The notes below the pieces were generated by a model. It did no database searches and was not told the DNA's origin. It saw nothing but the letters and a program-made list of their open reading frames with translations. Shown piece after piece: positions 1 through 9,281 of a DNA stretch of 64,000 nucleotides (positions are counted from its first letter, which is position 1; each line of letters opens with the position of its first letter). The stretch spans positions 1,120,001 to 1,184,000 of the forward strand of contig OY764159.1 in assembly GCA_963668175.1 (NCBI GenBank), read 5' to 3'. This DNA comes from Syntrophales bacterium. GTDB lineage: Bacteria > Desulfobacterota > Syntrophia > Syntrophales > PHBD01. The translations under genes and the position numbers were made by a program.

Positions 1-1
1 G

Positions 2-784
2 AAAACGGTCAAATTCCAGTCGAGCCGCAAACCGCAACCCGCGCAGCTCTATTTGCTGGCCGTTGGGATTGACGAGTATAAGGCCAGCGGCAACAACCTG
101 AAATACGCCGTCAAGGATGCTTCCTCTTTTGCCAAGAAATTCAAGGAAGAGTCGTTGACCCAGTATCAGGCGGACCGTATTCACGTGAGCGTCCTCAAGA
201 ACAGGGAGGCCACCAAGGCCAATATCATGGGGAAACTTTCGGAATTCGCCAAGACCGTCAAACCCAACGATGTTTTCGTCATGTTCACGGCCAGCCACGG
301 CATTCTCTATTCAGGGCTCTATTCCATCGTGACCCATGATTACGACGGTAACCTCCGTAGCGAGAATGTCGTCAATTCCAATGAAATCATGGAGGCCTCC
401 AAGAATCTGAAGGCCCTGACGCAGATATTCATTCTCGATACGTGCTATGCGGGCGGATTGGATAGCTTTGTAAGCGGACTCTACGACGCCCGTATGTCGG
501 TTATGGCCAGGAACATGGGGCTGCACATGTTCGCCTCCGCCAGTTCTACCCAGGAAGCCCTGGACGGCTACAAGGGTAAGAACGGGATGTTCACCTATGC
601 GCTCCTCGAAGGGTTGAACAACAACGCTCAAGCGGACCGCAACAAGGACAAGAAAATAAGCGTCTTCGAACTGGGGACGTATGCCAGGGAGCAGACCGTC
701 AGGCATTCCCATGAGGCCGGCCACACGCAGACGCCCGTGATCAATAATTTCGGGAAAGACATTCCCCTATACATTCTCCACTGA
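2..784 (+). CDS. Caspase/peptidase C14 family protein, C-terminal part (5' truncated by window edge)
   Basis: Frame is open from position 2; LAVGIDEY, catalytic-type SHG and ILDTCYAG motifs, C-terminal QTP motif. Confidence 0.85.
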   Translation, partial: KTVKFQSSRKPQPAQLYLLAVGIDEYKASGNNLKYAVKDASSFAKKFKEESLTQYQADRIHVSVLKNREATKANIMGKLSEFAKTVKPNDVFVMFTASHGILYSGLYSIVTHDYDGNLRSENVVNSNEIMEASKNLKALTQIFILDTCYAGGLDSFVSGLYDARMSVMARNMGLHMFASASSTQEALDGYKGKNGMFTYALLEGLNNNAQADRNKDKKISVFELGTYAREQTVRHSHEAGHTQTPVINNFGKDIPLYILH

Positions 785-902
785 TAGACCGGACGGCCGG
801 ACAAGGGATCGAAACCTGTCCGGCCGTCATGCCCATTCAGACAGAGACAATCCTTCGGGAGTGTGAGCATGCCGTCAGGAGATTGGCCGTTCCAAACTCC
901 CA

Positions 903-931
903 TTGACATCCCCATTCTTTTTCTCTAATTT
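903..931 (+). promoter_or_regulatory. Putative sigma70 promoter
   Basis: TTGACA-17 nt-TAATTT upstream of the Fe-S gene. Confidence 0.4.
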
Positions 932-1000
932 CAATGAAGTATTGCATGCCGGGACTTGTCCCCGTGCAGGGGATGCGTCAGTCCATATTCTGGAGGCTTA

Positions 1001-1840
1001 TTGCAGGGCCTGGAACTGAAAGAACACATCAACCAATATTGTAAGGACATGGGAGCGGACCTGGTGGGTTTTGCCCCGGTGGAGCGTTGGGACGAATATG
1101 CGGAAGTGCCCGACGATTTCCGGCCCCGTTCCCTGTGGGCGCCTGCAAAGACCGTCATCGTCCTCGGCATCGAGATGCCTCTCCCGGTGGTGGAAACCAC
1201 GCCTTCCGTCCTGCACATGGAACTCTATCGGACCGTGAATCGGGAGCTGGACAGGCTGGCCGTCAACCTCACCCGTCATTTGAATCGCCTGGGGCACGCG
1301 TCGTTCTTTTTCACCCGGGACGGCTTTTCCAGCCTGAAGGCACTGAAAGAGAAGAATCTGGCCGCCTTCAGCCATGTCATGGCCGCCAAGTATGCCGGAC
1401 TCGGGACGATCGGCGTAAGCCACTGCCTGCTCACGCCCGAATTCGGGCCGAGGGTCAGGTTTGTCTCTGTTTTTACGGAAGCGGTGATGCCGCCCGATGC
1501 CGTACACGAAGGAGAGCTCTGCATCAAGTGCGGGCTTTGCGCCCTCTGCTGCCCCAAAGAGTGTATCGCCATGCTCGAAGACCGGGTCATCGGCGATTAC
1601 GATAAGGATAAATGCCTTGCCATGTCGGAAGAACTGACGGCCGCGAGACGCTACCCGTGCGGCACGTGCATTAAAGTCTGCCCCGTGGGCAAGGACAGGC
1701 TTCTCTACAAACAAAAAGGGATCAGGAAGAGATATCTGAAGGAAAAGGAGATGCTTGGCCGGGAAGGGGGGCATCCCGATTACCGGTCGTGGGAACATAT
1801 TCGTAAATACGGCGTGACGGAAAACAAAACAAAGAAGTGA
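1001..1840 (+). CDS. Epoxyqueuosine reductase (QueG)/reductive dehalogenase-like 2x[4Fe-4S] protein
   Basis: GADLVGFAP, AGLGTIG, TPEFGPRVRF motifs; CIKCGLCALCCP and CGTCIKVCP clusters; TTG start after a GGAGG RBS. Confidence 0.75.
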   Translation: MQGLELKEHINQYCKDMGADLVGFAPVERWDEYAEVPDDFRPRSLWAPAKTVIVLGIEMPLPVVETTPSVLHMELYRTVNRELDRLAVNLTRHLNRLGHASFFFTRDGFSSLKALKEKNLAAFSHVMAAKYAGLGTIGVSHCLLTPEFGPRVRFVSVFTEAVMPPDAVHEGELCIKCGLCALCCPKECIAMLEDRVIGDYDKDKCLAMSEELTAARRYPCGTCIKVCPVGKDRLLYKQKGIRKRYLKEKEMLGREGGHPDYRSWEHIRKYGVTENKTKK

Positions 1841-1874
1841 ATCGAGGCATAAACGGGTGGGAGGGCATACGGTT

Positions 1875-2639
1875 ATGGACTTCAATCTTTTTTATGAATA
1901 TTTCGAGGCTCTATGCGCCAACGAAGGCGACATGGCCAAAATCATACCGGAGGGCCGTCGGCTGCTTCAGGAACTCCTGAACAACCAGGCGTGGTATCCG
2001 GAATTCCTGGAGAAGGTCATCTTCGACCCCGAATTCCGCAAGCTTCAGAAACCGTCTCCATGGCCGAATGAAATGACCCTGAAACGCAGCGACAGCGGCG
2101 CGTTTGTCGTCTTCTCCTACACGTGGGAGCCGCATCAGACCGATGTCGTTCACGATCACGGCTCCTGGGGCATTATCGGGATACTCAAGGGCAGGTTATT
2201 CGAGAAGACCTATCGCCGGCTTGACGACGGGTCGCAGGCGGGGTACGCGGAACTTGCGGAAAAGTCCTATGCGATCCTGGCCCCGAAAGAGACAACGGCC
2301 GTCCTGCCGTTGGATGAAGGCATTCATCAGATGGGAAACATTTCAGATTTTTCGATATCCATCAACATTTACGGAAGAAACGTCCGCAAGGGATACAGCC
2401 GGTTTTTCGATCCGGAAAAGAAAACGGTCTGGCGGGCGTATATCCCCTCTCTGCAGAAGGCGGTGCTGGCCATCAGGAGTCTCGGGTATCAGGATGAGGA
2501 CTGGTCTCGGGACATCCTCCGGCAGGCGACGATACGTCCGCTACCGGAACCTCTGAAGCAGGAAGCCTTCCTTGCGCTCTCCAGAATGAATGATCACCCA
2601 TACGGCGTTTCCGACAGCCGACTCCCGGCCGTTTCGTAG
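1875..2639 (+). CDS. Cysteine dioxygenase-family cupin metalloprotein
   Basis: WEPHQTDVVHDHGSWG and IHQM His triad; SINIYG motif typical of CDO-like cupins. Confidence 0.7.
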   Translation: MDFNLFYEYFEALCANEGDMAKIIPEGRRLLQELLNNQAWYPEFLEKVIFDPEFRKLQKPSPWPNEMTLKRSDSGAFVVFSYTWEPHQTDVVHDHGSWGIIGILKGRLFEKTYRRLDDGSQAGYAELAEKSYAILAPKETTAVLPLDEGIHQMGNISDFSISINIYGRNVRKGYSRFFDPEKKTVWRAYIPSLQKAVLAIRSLGYQDEDWSRDILRQATIRPLPEPLKQEAFLALSRMNDHPYGVSDSRLPAVS

Positions 2640-2732
2640 GCGCCGGCGGCTCCCCGGCCGGGATCTGAGCCAATGCGCGCCTTCCGGGATTATTTCGTTG
2701 CAAAAACGGCGGCCATGGGCTACTTTCCCGCC

Positions 2733-4370
2733 ATGAGACGTATCCCCGATATCCTGTTTATGATAGCCCTCTGCTTTGCCCTCGTTGCATGCAGCGATGG
2801 CCGGGATGATCGTAGCGCCTCCGCCAAACAATCCCAGGGGGTGCCCGCCTACGGCGATATCATCGTGGAGGGGTCCATCGGCGATGCCAGCAATCTGATT
2901 CCCATCCTCTCCTCGGATGCCACATCCCACGAAATATCCGGATTGATCTTCAACGGCCTCGTCAAATACGACAAGGATATGAACGTCGTGGGCGACCTGG
3001 CGGAGTCGTGGGAGATTTCCAAGGACGGCTTGGTCATAACCTTTCATTTACGCAAAGGCGTCCGCTGGCATGACGGGCAGCCCTTTACCGCGGATGACGT
3101 CCTCTACACCTATCAGGTCACCATCGATCCCAAGACGCCGACCGCCTATTCGGGCGATTTTCTGAAGGTCAAGAAAGCGGAAGTCCTCGATGCCGACACT
3201 TTTCGAGTAACCTACGACAAGCCCTTTGCACCGGCCCTGATGAGCTGGGGGAGCGCCATCCTGCCCAGGCACCTCCTGGCCGGTCAGGACATTACCAAGA
3301 GCCCCCTGGCCCGTCACCCCATAGGCACCGGACCGTATATGTTCAAGGAATGGAAAACCGGCCAGAAGATCGTCCTCGTCTCCAATCCCGACTATTTTGA
3401 AGGCAGGCCTTACATAGACGGTTTCATCATGAGGGTTATACCCGATATGGCGACGATGTTTCTCGAACTTCGCGCCTCGGGTATCGACCGCATGAATCTG
3501 ACGCCGCTTCAATACACCAGGCAGACGGAGAACAATCTCTTTAGGAAAAACTATAATAAATATAAATATTTATCATTCTCCTACGTGTATATGGGCTATA
3601 ATCTCCTCAATCCTCTGTTTGTGGACAAGAGGGTGAGGCAGGCCATTGCCCATGCCGTCAACAAGGAAGAGATCATTCAGGGTGTCCTTTTGGGATTGGG
3701 CAAGGAGGCCACAGGACCGTACAAACCCGGAAGCTGGGCCTATAACGGCAACGTCAGAACCTACGCCTACGATCCCAAGCGGGCCCGGGAACTGCTGGCG
3801 GAGGCCGGCTGGAAGGACACCGACGGCGACGGGATTATCGACAGGGACGGAAAACCCTTTGTCTTTGAGATCATTACCAACCAGGGCAACGAAGTCCGGG
3901 CGAAAACGGCCGAGATCATCCAGCAGCGGCTCGCCGAAGTCGGCATCAAGGTGAAAATCCGAACCCTGGAGTGGGCGGCCTTTGTCAAGGATTTCATCAA
4001 CAAGCGCCGTTTCGACGCGACCGTTCTCGGGTGGACGATTCCCCTCGATCCCGACAATTTCGACGTGTGGCACTCGAGTAAAACCGGGCCCGAAGAGCTT
4101 AATTTCACATCGTTTAAGAACAGCGAGGTGGACGATCTCCTGGAAAAAGGGAGAAGCACCTTCGATCAGAAGGTGAGAAAACGATGTTACGACCGTATAC
4201 AGGAGATTCTGGCGGAAGAGCAGCCCTATCTGTTCCTGTACGTGCCCGACGCCCTGCCGATCATTCAGGCCCGCTTCCGCGGTATCGAGCCGGCGCCTCT
4301 GGGCATCGGCTACAATTTTATCAAATGGTACGTGCCGAAGGAGGAACAACGCCTCGTGATGACCCGCTGA
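2733..4370 (+). CDS. Peptide ABC transporter substrate-binding lipoprotein (family 5, OppA/DppA-like)
   Basis: Lipobox LVAC; DLAESW, WHDGQPFTADDV, PIGTGPY, DKRVRQAI motifs. Confidence 0.9.
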   Translation: MRRIPDILFMIALCFALVACSDGRDDRSASAKQSQGVPAYGDIIVEGSIGDASNLIPILSSDATSHEISGLIFNGLVKYDKDMNVVGDLAESWEISKDGLVITFHLRKGVRWHDGQPFTADDVLYTYQVTIDPKTPTAYSGDFLKVKKAEVLDADTFRVTYDKPFAPALMSWGSAILPRHLLAGQDITKSPLARHPIGTGPYMFKEWKTGQKIVLVSNPDYFEGRPYIDGFIMRVIPDMATMFLELRASGIDRMNLTPLQYTRQTENNLFRKNYNKYKYLSFSYVYMGYNLLNPLFVDKRVRQAIAHAVNKEEIIQGVLLGLGKEATGPYKPGSWAYNGNVRTYAYDPKRARELLAEAGWKDTDGDGIIDRDGKPFVFEIITNQGNEVRAKTAEIIQQRLAEVGIKVKIRTLEWAAFVKDFINKRRFDATVLGWTIPLDPDNFDVWHSSKTGPEELNFTSFKNSEVDDLLEKGRSTFDQKVRKRCYDRIQEILAEEQPYLFLYVPDALPIIQARFRGIEPAPLGIGYNFIKWYVPKEEQRLVMTR

Positions 4371-4452
4371 GGTTCTCCCGGCGGAAGGATACGGTTTAAA
4401 AAGGCCGCTCTGGGGCAGCAGGATAAATGCGTGATAGATGAGGGACAGCAAC

Positions 4453-4976
4453 ATGGCCGAGATAAAAAGCACTATCGATCTGATCATGGAAAGAACCAGA
4501 AACCTGACCATGACGGAAGAAGAGAAAGAGGAACTCCGCAATAAGGAATTGACGGAGAAAGCAAAAGGGTGGGTCGTCCGATATCTGGACGAGTCCTAGA
4601 TCTTGACGCACTGCAAGAGGAGATAAAGCAGGAAGACGAAGATGCGGAGACGGTGAAAAAGATGCTGAGGACGGCGATATTGGAAATGCTCGATCCGGAG
4701 CAGGACCAGGAGCGGATGTTCCGGCTGCTGTCGGACGTCCTGCATGTCGAGGAGCCGGCCCTCGCAGGCGCCCTGGCCGATTATCGGACGCGGAAGAACC
4801 AGCTCCTTGAAGAAGCGGCGGCGAAGTTCCAGGCCGAGCTGAAAGAATCGGGAATCGGCGGTTCGGCCCTCACCGTCAATCCGAACAAAGTCCGAGGGGA
4901 TCAAACGGCCGGCGCCGCGTTGAAGAGCGCATACCGGCAGCAGATAACCCGGGTGACGAACAGATCGAGAACCTGA
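4453..4976 (+). pseudogene. Frameshifted helical hypothetical protein (or 1-nt sequencing error)
   Basis: ATG 4453 gives MAEIKSTIDLIMERTRNLTMTEEEKEELR... and stops at TAG 4597-4599; a protein-like continuation (VLDLDALQEEIKQ...) lies in the -1 frame to 4976. Confidence 0.65.
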
Positions 4977-5132
4977 ACGCCTCAACCCCGAATCGTTTTT
5001 GCTTCCGGGAAATATATTCCGCCTGATCCGGCGGCCTCGTCATGTCTCCGGGGTCGATCATGCGGTTAGGGCCATGGATTCCTGAAGGTCCATTTCCCGA
5101 TTAATCATTCGTTCCAGGAGGCCGTACGACCA

Positions 5133-6224
5133 TCAGTGGTTTTCCGGCAGCAGAGCCTGAAGGACTTCTTTTGCCTTGAGGATGCGGAGGAGACGCTCTG
5201 TAATGATGGGTATCTTCTCGCGGTATTCATCGAGGTCGCGGCAAGGGGACGAGCCTCCCGCCGTCTGGCCGTGCCCCCCCCCGCGGCCGAGGCCCTTGAG
5301 TATCCTGTTGACGACCTTTTCTGCACTGGCTTTAATTCCCGTCGTCCTGATCGAGAGAAACATGGCGTGGTTTTGTTCATGGTAGCCCGTTACCAGGCAC
5401 CAGGCGATGCCTTCCATGGCCTTCAGGAAGTCCGCTATTTCGGCGACTACCTCGGGGATATAGACAGGGCCGACGTGACAAATGCAAATGTTCTTGCTGA
5501 TCTTTACCTGGCTCATGGCCCGGGCAATCGTTCGATAATAGCCGCGTTCTCGCTTGGGATGGCGGATGCGGGCAAGCATCCGGAGATCAATAAACGGATA
5601 GACCGTTATCATGACGTCCCTCTCCGCCGGTGTCGATTCGCGGAAGAGATCCTGGGTTTCGGATACGACGGCATAGGCCACGGCCGTCGCCAAACGGGGT
5701 TCAAGTTCGATGCCGCATGCCCGGAAGTATTTCAGGGCAAGGGTGGTGCAGGTCCCCACCTGGGGAGAAACGGCCAGAAAATCGGCTTTCACTTTCCGCC
5801 GCAGGGGGTGGTGGTCGATGATGATATGGGGTCTGAATTGATCCGCCGGAAAGGAATTGTTGCCGGTGCCGGGCTGGGAATCGACGATCGCCAGGATATC
5901 GGTCTTTCGTATCTCCTCTTCTGCATTGTCGAGGCGATAGAGTGGAATTTTCAGCAGCTTAACCATGCTGCGGTTTTCCGCCCTGCTTAAGCGCCCGCCG
6001 TAAACCATGCGCGTCTGAACCCCGCAGAAGGCGCCGATGTGCGCAAGGAGCCAGCCGGCAGCTATGGCGTCAGGGTCGGGATTGTCGTGCAGGAAGATAA
6101 GGAGTCTCTTGCCCTGCCCGATAACCCGCTGGAGTTCGTTGCATCCGTCCAGGCATTCCTTCTTCTGAGACAGCGTCTTGTGATTCTGACCGCCCAAGGC
6201 CGACCTTTCTGATCGTTCTTTCAT
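5133..6224 (-). CDS. DHH/DHHA1 family phosphoesterase (NrnA-like)
   Basis: HDNPDPDA, VDSQ, IDHH and GGGH motifs. Confidence 0.85.
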   Translation of the reverse strand: MKERSERSALGGQNHKTLSQKKECLDGCNELQRVIGQGKRLLIFLHDNPDPDAIAAGWLLAHIGAFCGVQTRMVYGGRLSRAENRSMVKLLKIPLYRLDNAEEEIRKTDILAIVDSQPGTGNNSFPADQFRPHIIIDHHPLRRKVKADFLAVSPQVGTCTTLALKYFRACGIELEPRLATAVAYAVVSETQDLFRESTPAERDVMITVYPFIDLRMLARIRHPKRERGYYRTIARAMSQVKISKNICICHVGPVYIPEVVAEIADFLKAMEGIAWCLVTGYHEQNHAMFLSIRTTGIKASAEKVVNRILKGLGRGGGHGQTAGGSSPCRDLDEYREKIPIITERLLRILKAKEVLQALLPENH

Positions 6225-6578
6225 GGATTACAAATTTAACACAGAAATACGGAAAATGAAATGTAACCTTGAGGAAAGACTCTAGCCTGCGCTGACGGAC
6301 ATGTCCGGAATTCCTTCTCATCGCGCCGCCTCCCGATGTCGCGCATATCTTTCACCTGATCTGAAAACGCATGCATAATACAATATATGACGGTAGTGAG
6401 GCCAGCGGCGAATGTCATCTCGTCAATGATATTCATTTCGCCTATAGATAGATGAATATCAAATAAATACATGTTATTGTCGCCTTTTGGGTGTGACAAT
6501 GAGCCGAAAACACGATTGTGGGAAAATGATGAGCCAATAGTTTGAAAAATTGGCCTAAATCGAGAATTAATGGAAGTG

Positions 6579-6615
6579 TGTCCTTTTTTTAGGACAGTGT
6601 GCTTTTTTTCGGACA
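6579..6615. promoter_or_regulatory. Tandem palindromic activator-binding sites (putative enhancer)
   Basis: TGTCC-TTTTTTTA-GGACA (6579-6596) and TGTGC-TTTTTTTC-GGACA (6598-6615), 19-bp period. Confidence 0.6.
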
Positions 6616-6670
6616 AAAAGAGGGGTCCCCACGCGTCTTTTCAGCATGGCAACAAGGAGGTATAATTTTG

Positions 6671-6683
6671 TAATGCATTGATT
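6671..6683 (-). promoter_or_regulatory. IHF binding consensus
   Basis: Minus strand reads AATCAA-TGCA-TTA, an exact WATCAA-N4-TTR match in an AT-rich context. Confidence 0.55.
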
Positions 6684-6722
6684 ATGAAAGAAGAAAAATA
6701 TTTGTCTTGCTTTTGTAAGATC

Positions 6723-6738
6723 TGGCACGGTTCTTCGA
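6723..6738 (+). promoter_or_regulatory. Putative sigma54 promoter
   Basis: TGGCACG-N4-TTCG: perfect -24 element, imperfect -12 (TTCG instead of TTGC). Confidence 0.45.
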
Positions 6739-6818
6739 TAGTGAAATGTAAAGGAATGAACCGGATATCGGTTCTGAGTAATAAGAGGGGACAAAATAAG
6801 AAACAGGAGCAGAGAGAG

Positions 6819-7040
6819 ATGACACCGTCGCGAGAAGTACCCTTTGTTGGTGCCAGGATATCATTTTACAACGAACTTCCCACACAGGAACAGCAACATT
6901 TCATGTCGCTGACTTGGCTTGACCACCCGGTTCGGATCGCACCCGAAATAAGGATTGCCAAGCCGGAGCAAAAGACCGCGGATATTTGGTCGTTATGGCA
7001 GGAACTTTGTAAGTTCTACTGGGGTGCCTGGTATCGTTAA
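6819..7040 (+). CDS. Small hypothetical protein (73 aa), Trp-rich C-terminus
   Basis: ATG after purine-rich AGGAG..GAGAG, downstream of the sigma54-like promoter; no recognisable family. Confidence 0.5.
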   Translation: MTPSREVPFVGARISFYNELPTQEQQHFMSLTWLDHPVRIAPEIRIAKPEQKTADIWSLWQELCKFYWGAWYR

Positions 7041-7191
7041 GTAAGCATACGGCAAGGAGCCTGGGAACTTTCTTCCGCTTCAAGGGCATGCTATTCCCTT
7101 TTGGTTCCCCGGAACTTTTGAAATAGCGTATTTCAACGTCCGCGACGAAAATCTTTCCCGGTTATCCTACCGGTTAAAATTCTATGAAATA

Positions 7192-7228
7192 AGAAGAGCC
7201 CTGATGCATGCTGCGCCAGGGCTCTTCT
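7192..7228 (-). terminator. Putative intrinsic terminator after the PPIase gene
   Basis: 12-bp inverted repeat AGAAGAGCCCTG / CAGGGCTCTTCT. Confidence 0.55.
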
Positions 7229-7253
7229 GTCATATCTATCTTCCGTCGCCGAA

Positions 7254-8354
7254 TTACTTGGCCGGTGTCGCTTTGTTGTCCTGTTTGGGCCCGGCGGGAG
7301 GGGCTGCAGGCGGTGCGGGTGCGGCCGAAGGGGCTGATGCCGGCGGCGCTGCGGTCGGAGGAGGTGCTGCGGCAGCCGGAGCAGGTTCCGCGAGGAAGCT
7401 CGTAATCTTGGCGTTCTTTTTGAGGTTTTCAATATATTCCTGGACCCTCATGCCGCTCTTCTGGCGGACAAGGACCTGTTTGATGTCCGCCTTTACTTCG
7501 TCGTAAGACTTTTGATGCGCGGCCTTCTTGTCCGTGACGGCCAGGATATGATAGCCGAAATTCGTTTTAAACGGTTCACTGATCGTTCCGGGCTTAAGCG
7601 AAAAAGCGACCTTGGAGAATTCGGGGATAATCCGGTCCCTGGAGAAAAATCCTAAATCGCCCCCTCGCGTCTTGGTGTCGTCCTCGGAGAATTCCCCCGC
7701 CGCCGCCGCGAAATCCTTCTTTTTGTCCATAACGTCTTTCCTGATCGCGGCAAGCTTGGCCTTGTTTTCCTTGTCTTCCTTGTCCGCCTCGGGCGTGCCT
7801 TTCGGGGCTTTTGATCTCAGTAAGATGTGACTGGCCCTTACCTGATCGGGTACATTGAAACGTTCCTTATTTTCATCGTAGAACTTTTTGATTTCGGCAT
7901 CGTCAATCTGAATCTTGCCGACGATCTCCTTCTCCAGAAAGGTATCGATGGTGATGTTTTTCTTCAAATCGTCACGGATATCCGCTTCGGTAATCTCGTT
8001 TTCCTTGAGAACTTTCTCGAAATCTTCCTTTTGCTTGTACTGCGATTTGATGATGTCGAACTTTTTGTTCACTTCGTCGTCCGGGATGGCCACATTCGCT
8101 TTCTTGGCTTCCTGCAGGAGAAGTTCAATGGCGATCATCTTGTCCAGGATCATTTTTTGAAGGTCGTATTTTTGCTCGGGGGCAATCTGGCGTCCCATTT
8201 TTTCGATCTGCTTCATCTGCTTTACGATGATGAAATCGAACTTTTGCCGCGGTATTTTACTATCGTTGACAATGGCGATATACTTCTCGCTGTCTTTGGT
8301 GCATCCGAATGCCAGCAAGATAGCCAGGCATAGCGGAATTACGATTCTCTTCAT
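7254..8354 (-). CDS. PrsA/SurA-like parvulin peptidyl-prolyl isomerase lipoprotein
   Basis: Lipobox LAFGC, VRASHIL, FSED..GGDLGFF, FGYHIL; Ala/Pro-rich tail; GGAGG RBS before ATG 8354. Confidence 0.9.
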   Translation of the reverse strand: MKRIVIPLCLAILLAFGCTKDSEKYIAIVNDSKIPRQKFDFIIVKQMKQIEKMGRQIAPEQKYDLQKMILDKMIAIELLLQEAKKANVAIPDDEVNKKFDIIKSQYKQKEDFEKVLKENEITEADIRDDLKKNITIDTFLEKEIVGKIQIDDAEIKKFYDENKERFNVPDQVRASHILLRSKAPKGTPEADKEDKENKAKLAAIRKDVMDKKKDFAAAAGEFSEDDTKTRGGDLGFFSRDRIIPEFSKVAFSLKPGTISEPFKTNFGYHILAVTDKKAAHQKSYDEVKADIKQVLVRQKSGMRVQEYIENLKKNAKITSFLAEPAPAAAAPPPTAAPPASAPSAAPAPPAAPPAGPKQDNKATPAK

Positions 8355-8565
8355 AGAACCTCCTTGGATTGTCGCGCCTTTGTCCGGCGGTAAGCCGCTT
8401 CCGTACCGGTTTTTGCCGGCAGTGACCGAGGTTGACGTCTTGTTGTGTACCCTGCCCTCGGTTCTGTACGTCATTTGTCGATGAAGATGGATATAATCGC
8501 TGCGGCCGGAGCGCCGCGGATGACGGAGCGGCCCCGCAGGGACACATTTCCACACCGGACGCGCG

Positions 8566-8594
8566 AGCATAGAGAGGATAACTCCCCATGTCAA
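8566..8594 (-). promoter_or_regulatory. Putative sigma70 promoter for the PPIase gene
   Basis: Minus strand TTGACA-17 nt-TATGCT. Confidence 0.5.
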
Positions 8595-8618
8595 GGAAAA
8601 AGTGCGGCAGCGGGATGT

Positions 8619-9260
8619 TTAAATATAATCGAACCACTGCTGTTCCACGATACGGAAATTCTCCTGTACGGCTTCCGTCCCCACGACGGGGCCACCGTGA
8701 CCGGGAAGCAGATATTCGACATCGAGGGCGGCTATTTTTTTGATGCTTTCCTTCAATTGACTTCCGTCTCCGCCGGGTAAGTCCGTCCGTCCGATTCCCT
8801 GCTGAAAGATCAGATCGCCGGTAAAAAGGGCCTTACGGACCGGCCAGTAAAGACAGATTGAGCCCGGCGAGTGGCCCGGCGTACTGATGACTTCGAAACG
8901 GTTCTTTCCCAGGATGAGATCGCCGGTTCCGAGGAAGAAGTCCGGTTCCGGCATCCGGAAATACCGTCCGGCCATTTTTTTTACAAAGTCATGTTCTTTT
9001 TGGCTTATACCCCAAACCGTCCGATCGCCTAATTGAGCGATGCCCTCCATGTGGTCCGGGTGACCGTGTGTTATCAGAACGACTTCGATCCCGTTCCATG
9101 AGATGCCCGCTGTCTGCAGTCCCTGTTCTACGTGGCTCAGCAGATGTTCGTGCCCCGGATCGATGAGAATCTTCTTTCCATCGTCGATAAAGTATGCGTT
9201 GCAGTTGTTTTCCCTGTAGCTCTGCCATATGAAGGCGTGTAGTCCATCGAAAATCTTCAT
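8619..9260 (-). CDS. MBL-fold metallo-hydrolase (glyoxalase II-like)
   Basis: THGHPDH, TPGHSPG, FTGD and PGHG motifs. Confidence 0.9.
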   Translation of the reverse strand: MKIFDGLHAFIWQSYRENNCNAYFIDDGKKILIDPGHEHLLSHVEQGLQTAGISWNGIEVVLITHGHPDHMEGIAQLGDRTVWGISQKEHDFVKKMAGRYFRMPEPDFFLGTGDLILGKNRFEVISTPGHSPGSICLYWPVRKALFTGDLIFQQGIGRTDLPGGDGSQLKESIKKIAALDVEYLLPGHGGPVVGTEAVQENFRIVEQQWFDYI

Positions 9261-9281
9261 GTTTTTATTCCCTTTGCCATA

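Noticed and set aside
6236..6616. Minus-strand ORF upstream of the DHH gene
   Set aside because: It runs through AT-rich regulatory DNA with atypical codon usage and a weak RBS; a shorter 6236-6472 version cannot be excluded but is unsupported.
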